A stretch of DNA of 64,000 bases, taken from contig CAVYTU010000011.1 of NCBI GenBank assembly GCA_963771465.1, positions 96,001 through 160,000 on the forward strand, written 5' to 3'. The stretch comes from an uncultured delta proteobacterium. Its GTDB lineage: Bacteria; Desulfobacterota; Binatia; UBA9968. The notes beneath the pieces are model-generated. The model searched no databases. It was not told the origin of the DNA and worked only from the letters and a program-made list of their open reading frames with translations. The stretch's first letter is position 1; every line of letters starts with the position of its first letter. The position numbers and the translations under genes are program-made. Of this stretch, positions 20,614-30,377 are shown piece by piece.

Positions 20614-21888
20614 TTAGCTCATGTAACTAGTCAGCCTTGACGCGCCCACTTGGCTGATGGCACCGACCAGGTCGCCGATCCAAAGCGTAATTTCTTGCTT
20701 CGCCGGCAGCGGAGGCAATCCTGGGCTGGTGTTATCGGGATTTGTATTATCCAAGTGCAGCGTGTCGCCGCCGATGACGCGATCGACAGCCGGCAGCGTA
20801 ATCGGGTCGCGAGTGAGGCCGGGGGTGACCAGCGCGTCGACGTTTTCCGGCACGAAGGTGATACCGGTGTCGGGATAGCGTTCCATGATGATCAGCGTCG
20901 CTTTCATGCCCAATTCCTCGGCCCGCGTGTAGGTCATCATCAAGTCGGTATCGACCGCGCCGCCGCCGATTTTCGTGCCGATGATGCCGTCGGCGTTCAA
21001 GACTTCTTTGGCCAACCGGGCATTAAGAAAAGCATTGCGCTCTTTCTCTGCAACAACTGCAGGCGCTACGGTGAGGACGACGCCGGCGAACCAGAGATCT
21101 GTGCCGTGACGGCGGTACAGTTCTAGGATCACCGGATGATTCTGCGCGAACCAAGTGTATGCCGAGTAGGAAAACATCAGCGCGCCGTCGAGGATTTCAT
21201 TGGGATGGACGATGGTCGGCATGAAGCCTTGAATGTTGCTGCCGTAGAAGACGGTTTCGGTTTGCTGCGTCGGGTGCTGGTGCGAGTGCATCGGAAAGAT
21301 ATAGGCGATGCGCGGTAGATGTTTCGGGCCTTGGTTAACGGTAACCGGTGGCAATTCGAATACTTGAGTTTCATCGGGCGCGAGACTCTTTGCTGCTTGC
21401 GCGAGATACACCGAGGTTTTCAATCCCGCTTTCTTCACGGCGAGGCGATATTCATTTTTGTCGACGTTCGCTTTCGGATAGGGCAGCAAGACGACGTTGT
21501 GCGTATTGGCGATTGGCGAGTATGCCGCTGCCGGGCCGCTCATGTCGATCAAGCTGCGCGAACGGGGCGCGAGCTGATCGGTTTCCACCACGGCGACGTT
21601 TTTAAGCGCCCGGGTTTGACCATCGCCGACCAAACCGGTGCCGCCGAGCGCGCCGGGAAAGTTTTCACCGCGCATTCGATAACGCGGTTCAAGCACGTCC
21701 AGCACGCGCAGGATGCGACAGGATTCCCCGGGATGGGTGAGTTCGATCTCGACTCGCTCGAAGAGCGGGTCGGATTCGAGCAGCGCAATCAACTCTGTGC
21801 GATCGACCGATAGAACATGATCGTCGATTTTCGTTCTCGAGCTGAAGCAAATATTCTTTACGTAGATGTGCCCGAGATCCAACCGCAT
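20614..21888 (-). CDS. Glycine/sarcosine/betaine reductase component B subunit (GrdE/G/I-like)
   Basis: PGESCRILRVLDVLEPR, IDMSGP, PTIVHPNEILDGA, QNHPVI..LYRRHG; adjacent to grdB. Confidence 0.85.
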   Translation of the reverse strand: MRLDLGHIYVKNICFSSRTKIDDHVLSVDRTELIALLESDPLFERVEIELTHPGESCRILRVLDVLEPRYRMRGENFPGALGGTGLVGDGQTRALKNVAVVETDQLAPRSRSLIDMSGPAAAYSPIANTHNVVLLPYPKANVDKNEYRLAVKKAGLKTSVYLAQAAKSLAPDETQVFELPPVTVNQGPKHLPRIAYIFPMHSHQHPTQQTETVFYGSNIQGFMPTIVHPNEILDGALMFSYSAYTWFAQNHPVILELYRRHGTDLWFAGVVLTVAPAVVAEKERNAFLNARLAKEVLNADGIIGTKIGGGAVDTDLMMTYTRAEELGMKATLIIMERYPDTGITFVPENVDALVTPGLTRDPITLPAVDRVIGGDTLHLDNTNPDNTSPGLPPLPAKQEITLWIGDLVGAISQVGASRLTSYMS

Positions 21889-21977
21889 GGGCCGATCATT
21901 ATCATCTATCGGTACGTGTGGGTAGGGGCGGGCGGTGCGGTCGATCGATTTGGACCGCCGGCTCGCGCAGCTGAGGT

Positions 21978-22082
21978 TCTAAACGCTCGCGTTGAGCGGC
22001 GGGCGATGAGCGTAGCGAGGAGGAGGGAACCGCAAGCAAGCGAAGCGCGCTTGCGGCCGTCCGCTCGAACGCGGGGTTAGGC
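21978..22082 (-). mobile_element. Integron attC recombination site
   Basis: Minus strand: R'' GCCTAAC-N5-L'' GTTCGAGC ... L' GCTCAAC-N6-R' GTT(T)AGA, 17 bp after the ORF stop. Confidence 0.8.
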
Positions 22083-22098
22083 GTGGTTCGAAATTCGT

Positions 22099-22302
22099 TT
22101 ACTTGGTCGGCGCGCGAGCCAGCTTCCACATCCAGAGACTCAGACCGCCCAGAATGATAAGAGCCAGCACACTTGGCCACAGCGGCATCGAATAGCCGGC
22201 GACGACCACCTCTGGGCGTATCAATAGCCGCGCCAATTGCGCGATGGCCATTAGACCAAACACAACACTCGCAGCTCGCAATCCAGTGGTTTGGGAGTTC
22301 AT
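22099..22302 (-). CDS. Small two-TM membrane protein; integron cassette ORF
   Basis: 67 aa, two hydrophobic segments, flanked by core GTTAGGC (22347-22353, minus) and attC. Confidence 0.7.
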   Translation of the reverse strand: MNSQTTGLRAASVVFGLMAIAQLARLLIRPEVVVAGYSMPLWPSVLALIILGGLSLWMWKLARAPTK

Positions 22303-22446
22303 GCTGTCATCTTCCTTTGGTTTCGCCCTACCCTCCTGTGCAGTACGCCTAACTACTAATACACAGATCTATCTTTGCTGAATATTGATATCGGCAAAAG
22401 ATAGCCTGCAAGGTAAAGGCCGATAATCTAACGACCTGCTGTTCTC

Positions 22447-23430
22447 CTACTGAAGTTTCTTTAGAATGCTCATGTCCTCGAGGTCTTCCGGCCTGAACGC
22501 TTTGGCGACCTGGAGAGTCTCGCGATAGATCTCAATTTCTTTTTCAATGGCTGGTCGGGGCTTTGTGCCATTGGCGCTATAGGTCGTCAACATCGAAGCA
22601 AACGCCTTGTCGGCGACCGACGCGTCGATCTTAAAAGAACCCGTGATGTACTGAACCATCTCCCGGCGATTCTCCGGATTTCGCAGATACGACATGGTTT
22701 TAAGCAGCGATCGAATGACGGCTTGAACAGTGGCGGTTTTCTTTTCCAGAGCCTGCACGGAAGTCACGAGCCCAATCGTGCTAAGGGGCGCGTGGTCCTT
22801 GGCTTCCGCCAAGCGGCTATAGCCTTTTGCCTCGGCCTCCTCGGCATACGGCGGCGGCAGCAAGGTCGCCGCGACTCGTTTGCTGAGCAGCGCCCTGTAA
22901 GCATTTTCGGTGACCTGGGTCGAAAGGAAGGTTATCCGAGATGGATCGATGCCGTTGCCCTTCAGAATCAATTTCGCCGACATGCCCATAGCGTCGGTCG
23001 GCGCATTTACGCCGATGACTTTGTCCATCAGCTCACGGATTGATTTGATTTCCGGTTGTGCGGTGAGAGCGAATGTCGGATTGTGCTGGACATAAAAAAC
23101 ACGTTTGATCGCAGATCCCCGCATCATGGCGGAAGTTGCAGCGCCAAGGGTTGTCGAGAAGTCCAAATCTCCAGCCACTAGAGCAACAATGGCTGTGGGC
23201 GGTGCCATTGCCACGAGTTGCGCTTCGATTCCTTCCTGAGAAAAGAAACCTTTGTCCTTGCCGAAATAGAAAACCATCACCGCCAAGGTCTTACCAGGTA
23301 TATGGATGGTAATTTTGGTGGGGGACGACGCGCCCCACACAATCGGAACGGAGAAGATGAATATGATATATATGAAGACGGGCACAGCTGTCGCGTTTTG
23401 CAGGAATGTCGTCAGATATGCAAAAGACAT
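22447..23430 (-). CDS. NitT/TauT ABC substrate-binding protein
   Basis: KGFFSQEGIEAQLV, ALVAGDLDF; GGAGG RBS before ATG 23430. Confidence 0.85.
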   Translation of the reverse strand: MSFAYLTTFLQNATAVPVFIYIIFIFSVPIVWGASSPTKITIHIPGKTLAVMVFYFGKDKGFFSQEGIEAQLVAMAPPTAIVALVAGDLDFSTTLGAATSAMMRGSAIKRVFYVQHNPTFALTAQPEIKSIRELMDKVIGVNAPTDAMGMSAKLILKGNGIDPSRITFLSTQVTENAYRALLSKRVAATLLPPPYAEEAEAKGYSRLAEAKDHAPLSTIGLVTSVQALEKKTATVQAVIRSLLKTMSYLRNPENRREMVQYITGSFKIDASVADKAFASMLTTYSANGTKPRPAIEKEIEIYRETLQVAKAFRPEDLEDMSILKKLQ

Positions 23431-23534
23431 TGCGTGCCCTCCTTTAAAATTCAATCTCTCCAACTGGAGAACTCAAACGACTGTGACTAACTACGAATAT
23501 TGAGTAGGTGAAACACTTGCCTCCCTCCGATGAT

Positions 23535-23563
23535 TTGAACGACTTGAACGTTTGAACCGGTTC
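23535..23563. repeat. GTTCAA 9-mer repeat family (half element)
   Basis: ttgaacgacttgaacgtttgaacc. Confidence 0.7.
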
Positions 23564-23566
23564 GCG

Positions 23567-24604
23567 TTAGCGCGCCGGCACCGGTCCGGCGGCGTTGAGC
23601 TTTTTGAATAGCTCAACGGTCTCCGGATCGCGCGGCAATTCTTTGAGCACGCGTTCCATATCTTCACCTAACAACGGCGTCGGCTCTTCACCGACGAGTT
23701 TCTTGTACTCTTTGTGAAAGTCCGGATCGCTGTACATCTTCGCGGTCGCGGCGCGAAGAATTTTTACCGGTTCCGACGGTGTGCCCGGAGGAAAGAATGA
23801 CGCTGTGCCGAATTGGCGGAATGCGCGCACCATCGCCAATAATTTTTTCTCACGCTCGGATTTGGCGAACTCTTCGATTTCAGGCAGACGGTCGAAGCCC
23901 GGTTGTTTGAGACCGCGCGGCACTTCCATGATCGCGTGGATGTCGATCATGCCTTTGGCGAGCCATTCCGCGTTCCGTATCGTCAGCGTATCCGGATTGT
24001 TGATCCGGCCGTCGATCTCGCCGCGCATGAGCGCGATGTCGAGCTCGTTGCCGGAGTAGCCGACGACCATTTTGGGATCTTTGAAACCGATCAGAAGCGC
24101 GAACAGGCGGCCAACGAAATAGTTCGAGTGGCCGACGGTTTGCGCGCCGATTCTAATTCCATTTGCCGAGCGTAGGGCCTCGATACTTTTTAGCCCGGCT
24201 TCTTTACGCGTGATGAAGACCCAGTGGTAGGTGCTGTGCGGCGAGCCCAGATAGATAAACTTGCTGAGATCATACGACACGCCTTTTTCACCGAGCACGG
24301 AATTCGCGACCAAGCCACCGCCGACGCGGCCGATGGTAAAACCGTCGGGCCGGACGCCCTTGAAAACATGGTTGGCGGCTTTCATGCCGCCACCGCCCGG
24401 CATGTACTCGGAGACGATGGTCGGTTCGCCGGGAATATGCTTTTTCAGAAAAGGAAGTAGCGCGCGGGTTTGGACATCGGAACTGCCGCCCGGCTCAGTG
24501 CCCTGGACGATGGTGATGGTTTTGCCTTGGTAGAAAGGAGTCTGTGCGAACGCGGACGTGAGCGAGAACAAGATGTAAGTGACAAGCGTGAACGGCTTCA
24601 GCAT
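23567..24604 (-). CDS. TctC/Bug-like TTT receptor
   Basis: FYQGKTI, MPGGGG, PDGFTIG, GPVPAR. Confidence 0.88.
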   Translation of the reverse strand: MLKPFTLVTYILFSLTSAFAQTPFYQGKTITIVQGTEPGGSSDVQTRALLPFLKKHIPGEPTIVSEYMPGGGGMKAANHVFKGVRPDGFTIGRVGGGLVANSVLGEKGVSYDLSKFIYLGSPHSTYHWVFITRKEAGLKSIEALRSANGIRIGAQTVGHSNYFVGRLFALLIGFKDPKMVVGYSGNELDIALMRGEIDGRINNPDTLTIRNAEWLAKGMIDIHAIMEVPRGLKQPGFDRLPEIEEFAKSEREKKLLAMVRAFRQFGTASFFPPGTPSEPVKILRAATAKMYSDPDFHKEYKKLVGEEPTPLLGEDMERVLKELPRDPETVELFKKLNAAGPVPAR

Positions 24605-24620
24605 ATCGGCTCCAGTACCT

Positions 24621-24684
24621 GTTCAAATCGTTCAAGCCGTTTTAAACGGAGTGGAGCGGTTGAACGACTTGACCGTTTTGAACC
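24621..24684. repeat. GTTCAA 9-mer palindromic element
   Basis: gttcaaatcgttcaagccg...ttgaacgacttgaccgttttgaacc. Confidence 0.8.
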
Positions 24685-24693
24685 TGCTTTAGA

Positions 24694-25749
24694 TTACCGC
24701 GGCGGCAGCGGCCCTTGATCGGCCATCAGTTTGTAGAGCGAGATGGTTTCAGGGTCGCGCGGCAACTCGCGGATTGCTTTCTCCATGTCCTCTCCGGTTA
24801 GCGGCGTTGGATCGGTTGTCATCAGTTTTTTGAATTCTTTGTGAAAATCGGGGTCCTTTAACGCCTTCGCCATGGCGCCGCGCAGCGTTGCGACGATTTC
24901 TTTGGGCGTCGCCGGTGGCAAGATGTAAGGCCAACGCGGATAGATAAAGGCGCGAAACAGCGCGATCAGCTGGCGCTCCCTGTCGGTCTTCGCAAACGTT
25001 TCCAGATCGGGCGCTTTGGGCAAACCTTGGGCGAACTTGCCTTTGGGTATCGTGATCGAGGCGTGAAAATGTAGCAACGATAATAGCTGACCATCGCGGC
25101 CACGCTGGAAAATGGAATCGGCGCCATTGGCGCGCGCATCCAATTCGCCATTGCCCAATGCAACGTCGAGTTCCAGACCGCCATAACCGACGACCATTTT
25201 CGGTTCTTTAAGGCCGAGCAGATACGCGAACATGCGACCCGAAACAAAGATCGGGTGGCCAACGGCCTGCGCACCGATCCTGAGCCCCGTGGCAGCGCGC
25301 AATTTTTCTAGGCTATCCAAGCCGGATTCCTTTCGGCTGACAAAAACATAGGGGTCGCCGCTTTCGGTGGAGCCGAGATAGATGAGTTTGTCGAGTTCAT
25401 ATTGCGAGCCGGCGAGGCCAAGAATCGGTCCGGCGACGAGACCGGCGCCGACCGCGCCGATCGACAGGCCATCGGGCTTCGCCGTCGAATAAATATGATT
25501 CGCCGCTTTCCTTCCTGCGGCGCCGGGCATGTTCTCAATGATGATCGTCGGGTTTCCCGGAATATGTTTTTTCAGGGTGGGCAGCAACGCGCGTGCTTGT
25601 AAATCTCCCGTCCCGCCGGGCTCGCCACCGCGGATGATCCGAATGGTTTTATTTTGGAAATAGGGAGCCTGAGCGGCGGCTGAGTTCGCCATCATGCACG
25701 AAGCTAATAACAGCAAGAAGATTCCAGAACGGATTCTTGGCAATTTCAT
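24694..25749 (-). CDS. TctC/Bug-like TTT receptor
   Basis: YFQNKTI, ENMPGAAG, KPDGLSIG, GPLPPR. Confidence 0.88.
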   Translation of the reverse strand: MKLPRIRSGIFLLLLASCMMANSAAAQAPYFQNKTIRIIRGGEPGGTGDLQARALLPTLKKHIPGNPTIIIENMPGAAGRKAANHIYSTAKPDGLSIGAVGAGLVAGPILGLAGSQYELDKLIYLGSTESGDPYVFVSRKESGLDSLEKLRAATGLRIGAQAVGHPIFVSGRMFAYLLGLKEPKMVVGYGGLELDVALGNGELDARANGADSIFQRGRDGQLLSLLHFHASITIPKGKFAQGLPKAPDLETFAKTDRERQLIALFRAFIYPRWPYILPPATPKEIVATLRGAMAKALKDPDFHKEFKKLMTTDPTPLTGEDMEKAIRELPRDPETISLYKLMADQGPLPPR

Positions 25750-25791
25750 TTTATCCTCCGCCGTTCGAAGAAGAATTACCGCAACGGACGC

Positions 25792-26260
25792 TCACCAGCC
25801 GAAAAGAAGTCCCGGCGGCCAGCGGGTCTCCAACATGTATTCGAACAGACCCCAGATGAGTACGTAGGCGCAGGCGCCGAGAATGAGCGAGGTGTACCAT
25901 TTTTCGCCGCCTTCGACGAGCGCGTAGAGAAAAACCAACAGCGGCAGTGTGATGACGATGCCTAAAAGCCAGATACCGAGCGCGCCGCCGATAAACCAAG
26001 CGAAGAACAAGAGCGTGCGTCGGCGCTCGGTCGCTTTGTCCAACTGGGAGTCGCTCACTTGATCCATATCCATGCCGGCGGTGTTCTTGCTGGTTTCCCA
26101 GCCGGTCATCTCACGAACGAGTTGAATCGAGACCATGATAAGTCCGGGGATGGCCGCGACGTAGACCGGCATGATCTTGGCGATGTTGGGCCAGTCCCAG
26201 CCCGAAACTGCAGCGACGACAAAAATGATCTAAAAGAAAGAGCGCAAAATTAGTTTTCAT
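25792..26260 (-). CDS. tctB: TctB-like small TTT membrane subunit (frameshift near 26230)
   Basis: ATG 26260 MKTNFALFLL joins IIFVVAAVSGWDWPNIAKIMPV...WPPGLLFGW after a one-base shift; four TM segments. Confidence 0.65.
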
Positions 26261-27779
26261 CCGGTGACCTCGCGATGGCGCCTTTTAATGTCGTTAATGG
26301 GTCTTCTTGCTTGGCGCGCAGCTTGCCGCGCAGGGTGAAAAAGAGCGATACCGCGGCGATTAAAAAATAATGATCACCGCCGGCCGGGTCATCCAGGTGA
26401 AACCGTAGCTCGCCACCGAACGATAGAGATATTTTTCCATCAGATCGCCGAGCACCAGGCCGAGAATCATCGCCGGTCGCGGGTATCCCGCGTGGCGCAT
26501 GAAGTAGCCGAGGATGCCAAACCCCACCAGCACGACGAGATCCAAGGGATCGCGGTTGACGCTGAAGGCGCCCATCAGGATGAACACGAACATGATCGGG
26601 AACCATGAAGGTGTAGCGCACCTCGGCGAGCTTGGCGAGTTGGCCGGCGAGGCAAAAGCCGACGAGCGTGCCGGCGATGCCGGCGACTCCCTGTATCCAC
26701 ACCACGCTGTAGATCAATTCCGGCGTTTTCTTGATCATCTCTGGGCCCGGAACGAAACCCCAGGCGAGCAATGCGACGATGAACAGCGCAGTGCTTACCC
26801 CCTGGGGAAATCCCAGCAGTAAGGTCGTCACCAAATCGCCGCCGTCTTTGGCGTCATTGGCGCTCTCCGGCGCGATTACGCCGCGCACGTCACCGGTGCC
26901 GAAAGTTTGCCGGCCGCCCTTACAGCTTTGCGCGGCGTGGCCATAGGCGAGCCAATCGACGACTTGGGAACCTAACCCCGGTACGATTCCGACCCAGACG
27001 CCGACAAAACTACAGCGCACTACCAGCCACCATTCACGCAGGGTGTCGCGAACGCCGTCGAATAGACTGCCTTTGAGGGGCACTGGTTGCTGTTCGACGC
27101 CGAGCTTGGTCAACGCGAGATCGAGCGCCGACGGCACGCCGAAAATCGCCAGGGCCATAATGCTGATCGACATGCCGTCGAGTAGATAGGGCTGGTCGTA
27201 AACAAAGCGCATGACGCCGCTCTGGGCCTGCTGGCCTATGGTCGCGAGCAAGAGTCCGAATGAAGTTGCGATCAGTCCTTTGAGCGGCCGACTGCCGGCG
27301 AGCACGGCGACCATGCTCAAACCCCAGAGCATGATGACGAACAGCTCCGGCGAACCCATCAGATAGATTAACGGCTTGGCAGCGGGTATCGCGGCGATGA
27401 GGGTAAACGTGCCGATCATACAACCCATGCCGCCGGCCATGAACGACGCGCCGAGGGCCCGCCGCCCCTCGCCCTTCTTACCCATCGGGTAACCGTCGAG
27501 CACCGTCGCTTGCGAACCCGAGCCGCCGGGGATGCCGAAGAGGATCGGCAGATAGGCGGCGCAAATCGCGCTTACTGAGCTTGCGCCGATCAACAGCGCG
27601 ATGCCGGTGAGCGGCTCCCATTTGATCACCACCGGCAGTAAAATCGCGTAGACTAAAGGTATACCCAAGCCTTGCGGCGCCACGGCGGTGAAGGTGCCGA
27701 TGCTGACGCCGATCATCATGGCGAAGAACACTTTTAGTTGAAGGATGTTTAAGAAACCTTTGATGGCTGCATCGAACAG
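26250..27779 (-). CDS. tctA: TctA large TTT membrane subunit (frameshifts near 26600 and 26362; start uncertain)
   Basis: GIPG..SQATVLDGYPM, GVIAPESANDA, GFVPGP; ORF 26360-26593 supplies the missing TMs (YPRPAMILGLVLG). Confidence 0.85.
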   Translation of the reverse strand: MFDAAIKGFLNILQLKVFFAMMIGVSIGTFTAVAPQGLGIPLVYAILLPVVIKWEPLTGIALLIGASSVSAICAAYLPILFGIPGGSGSQATVLDGYPMGKKGEGRRALGASFMAGGMGCMIGTFTLIAAIPAAKPLIYLMGSPELFVIMLWGLSMVAVLAGSRPLKGLIATSFGLLLATIGQQAQSGVMRFVYDQPYLLDGMSISIMALAIFGVPSALDLALTKLGVEQQPVPLKGSLFDGVRDTLREWWLVVRCSFVGVWVGIVPGLGSQVVDWLAYGHAAQSCKGGRQTFGTGDVRGVIAPESANDAKDGGDLVTTLLLGFPQGVSTALFIVALLAWGFVPGPEMIKKTPELIYSVVWIQGVAGIAGTLVGFCLAGQLAKLAEVRYTFMVPDHVRVHPDGRLQRQPRSLGSRRAGGVWHPRLLHAPRGIPATGDDSRPGARRSDGKISLSFGGELRFHLDDPAGGDHYFLIAAVSLFFTLRGKLRAKQEDPLTTLKGAIARSPDEN

Positions 27780-28032
27780 CGATGATCTCCATGGAGAATT
27801 ATCCTTATCTGATTCTATTTTTGATTTGGCGCAGCGCGCAATAGACCATCATTTTGTCCGACGTTCCAGTGGGCCAAGCCGAGATGCAGCGCACTTATAC
27901 TGGTTTCCTGGCATGCGGTGCAAGTGCAATTTCAAAAATAATTGTCCTCCTGATCGACTCATTAAGGTATAGGTCAGCGCGCTGGCAACGGGCCGGCACC
28001 GGAAAGGCTGTTGAGTATTTCGACTACCTCTC

Positions 28033-28069
28033 GTTTTGAACGGAGTGTAGCGGTTGAACGGTTTGAACC
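28033..28069. repeat. GTTCAA 9-mer element (reverse orientation)
   Basis: gttttgaacggagtgtagcggttgaacggtttgaacc. Confidence 0.8.
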
Positions 28070-28077
28070 TTCGAATT

Positions 28078-29112
28078 TTACCGCGGCGGCAGCGGTCCAG
28101 GGCCGGCGAATTTTTTATAAAGATCCACCGTCTCCCGGTCTCTCGGCAATTCGCGAATCGCCTTCTCATTTGCTTCCGGCGTAAGTGGACTTGGCTCATC
28201 GCCGCCGACTTTGCGGTATTCCTTGAAAAACTCGGGATCTTTGAAACTCTTGCGCAGCGCTTCTTTGATGATTTCTACCCGATCCTTGGGCATGGCGGGA
28301 GGAAGAATGAATGGCGCGCCCGTCACTCTGAAATTACGGAATATGGTCAGAAGCTTACGCTCCCGCTCGGTTTTGACAAAGCTGTCGAGCTCCGGCAAAT
28401 GGGAAAGACGCGGATGCTTTTCCTCTCTAGGAATGGCAACGATGACATGAATATCGATTAGACCCTTCTCAAGCCATTCGGCATCGCGACCCAAAATATC
28501 ATCGGAGCTCGCCAAGCCATCGATCTCGCCATTAAGCAACGCGGCCCTCCGCTCCGGATTCGTGAAGCCAATGATTTCCTTAATTTCTTTGAGCCCGAGG
28601 AGCCAAGCCATGATCCGCCCGACGGTATAGTTGGTGTGGCCGACGGCTTGATTGCCGATGCGTAAGCCCGAAGCTTGCCGGAGTTTATCGAGGGTTCTAA
28701 AGCCGGCCTCGCGGCGCGTCATAAAAATATAGTGCGTAACGCTGTAGGGTGATCCGACGAAATGCATTTTGTCGATATCGTACTGAACACCAACTTCGCC
28801 GAGTACCGCGCTTTCGACCACGGCGCCACCGACGCTGCCAATGGTTAGGCCGTCGGGACGGGCGGAATTGTAAATGTGATTGGCTGCTTTGCGCCCACCG
28901 GCACCGTCCATGTACTCGTGCACGATGGTAGGATTTCCCGGGATGTACTTGTGGAGAAACGGCGCCACCGTGCGCGCTCGGAAATCTCCCGATCCCCCAG
29001 CGGAGCGGCCATGAATAATGGTGACGGTCTTGCCCTGATAAAACGGAGCTTGGGCGAAGGCGAAAGTTAACCAGAAAAAACTGTAAGTGAGGAGAACAAA
29101 CGTCTTTAGCAT
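28078..29112 (-). CDS. TctC/Bug-like TTT receptor
   Basis: FYQGKTV, YIPGNP, RPDGLTIG, GPLPPR. Confidence 0.88.
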   Translation of the reverse strand: MLKTFVLLTYSFFWLTFAFAQAPFYQGKTVTIIHGRSAGGSGDFRARTVAPFLHKYIPGNPTIVHEYMDGAGGRKAANHIYNSARPDGLTIGSVGGAVVESAVLGEVGVQYDIDKMHFVGSPYSVTHYIFMTRREAGFRTLDKLRQASGLRIGNQAVGHTNYTVGRIMAWLLGLKEIKEIIGFTNPERRAALLNGEIDGLASSDDILGRDAEWLEKGLIDIHVIVAIPREEKHPRLSHLPELDSFVKTERERKLLTIFRNFRVTGAPFILPPAMPKDRVEIIKEALRKSFKDPEFFKEYRKVGGDEPSPLTPEANEKAIRELPRDRETVDLYKKFAGPGPLPPR

Positions 29113-29129
29113 ATTCCCTCCCTTAGCAT

Positions 29130-29210
29130 GTTCAAAACGTTCAAGCCGTTCAACCGCTACGCTCCGTTCAAACGTTTTGAACGAATTGAACTGCTCGAAT
29201 GGTTTGAACC
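29130..29210. repeat. GTTCAA 9-mer palindromic element
   Basis: gttcaaaacgttcaagccgttcaaccgctacgctccgttcaaacg...ttgaac arms. Confidence 0.85.
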
Positions 29211-29218
29211 ATTTTACG

Positions 29219-30265
29219 TCAGCGCGGCGGCAGCGGCCCAGGGCCGGCGAATTTTTTATAAAGTTCTACCGTCTCTGCATCTCTCGGCAGCTCGCGAATC
29301 GCTTTCTCGTTCGCTTCCGGCGTCAGCGGATTGGGATCTTCGCCGACGACTTTTCGATATTCCTTGAAAAACGCCGGATCACTGAAGCTCTTGCGCAGGG
29401 CTTCTTTGATGATCTCCACCCGATCCTTGGGCATAGCCGGAGGAAGAATGAACGGCGAGCCGGTCAATCTGAAGTTGCGGAACATGGTGAGTACCCTGCG
29501 CTCCCTGTCGGTTTTGACGAAGCCGTCGATTTCCGGCAAGTAGGAAAAACGCGGATGCTTTTCTTCTCTGGGAACGGCAACGATGACGTGGAGATCGACC
29601 AGACCCTTTTCCAGCCATTCGGCGTTGCGCGAGAGCAGATCGTCCGAGGAGACCACGGCATCGATCTCGCCGCGCATCAAAGCGACATCGCGCTCCGGAA
29701 TCGAAAAGCCGGTGACGTCTTTGGGGTCTTTTAATCCAAGCAGCCAACTGACGATGCGAGCGATATTGTAATTGGTATGGCCGACGGATTGGGCGCCAAA
29801 GCGCACACCCGAAGCTTGCCGCAGCTTGTCCAGCGTTCTGAAACCTGCCTCTCGGCGCGTCAGCAGGACATAATGGGTGGCGCTGTAAGGCGAGCCAACG
29901 AAAGGCATTTTGTCGAGATCGTACTGCACGCCTTTCTCGCCCAGCACTGCGCTGCCGACAACGCCGCCGCCCACGTTACCAATGGTTAAGCCATCGGGAC
30001 GGGCGGAATTAAAAATGTGATTGGCCGCTTTGCGCCCGCCGCCGCCGTCCATGTACTCGTGCACGATGGTAGGATTTCCGGGGATGTACTTGTGGAGAAA
30101 CGGCCCCACCGCGCGCACGCGGAAATCGCCCGATCCTCCCGCGTCGCGGCCATGAACAATGGTCAAAGTTTTACCCTGGTAGAAGGGAGCTTGTGCGTAC
30201 GCCGCAGTGGCGCAAAGAAGCAGCGCGCAGAAAGCGGCTTGGATAGTTGGTTTTAGTGTTACCAT
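29219..30265 (-). CDS. TctC/Bug-like TTT receptor
   Basis: Mature region highly similar to 28078-29112. Confidence 0.88.
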   Translation of the reverse strand: MVTLKPTIQAAFCALLLCATAAYAQAPFYQGKTLTIVHGRDAGGSGDFRVRAVGPFLHKYIPGNPTIVHEYMDGGGGRKAANHIFNSARPDGLTIGNVGGGVVGSAVLGEKGVQYDLDKMPFVGSPYSATHYVLLTRREAGFRTLDKLRQASGVRFGAQSVGHTNYNIARIVSWLLGLKDPKDVTGFSIPERDVALMRGEIDAVVSSDDLLSRNAEWLEKGLVDLHVIVAVPREEKHPRFSYLPEIDGFVKTDRERRVLTMFRNFRLTGSPFILPPAMPKDRVEIIKEALRKSFSDPAFFKEYRKVVGEDPNPLTPEANEKAIRELPRDAETVELYKKFAGPGPLPPR

Positions 30266-30288
30266 GACGATTACTCCTTACAAATAAC

Positions 30289-30368
30289 GTTCAAATCGCG
30301 CAAGCCGTTCAATCGCTTTGCTCCGTTCAAACGGTTTGAACGACTTGAACCGCTTGAACGTTTTGAAC
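30289..30368. repeat. GTTCAA 9-mer palindromic element
   Basis: gttcaa arms, central cgctttgctcc, four ttgaac units. Confidence 0.85.
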
Positions 30369-30377
30369 TCCCCAGTC

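Noticed and set aside
25792-27779. TctA-TctB fusion
   Set aside because: tctB has its own GAGG RBS and an ATG at 26260 overlapping the end of tctA, so two genes fit better.
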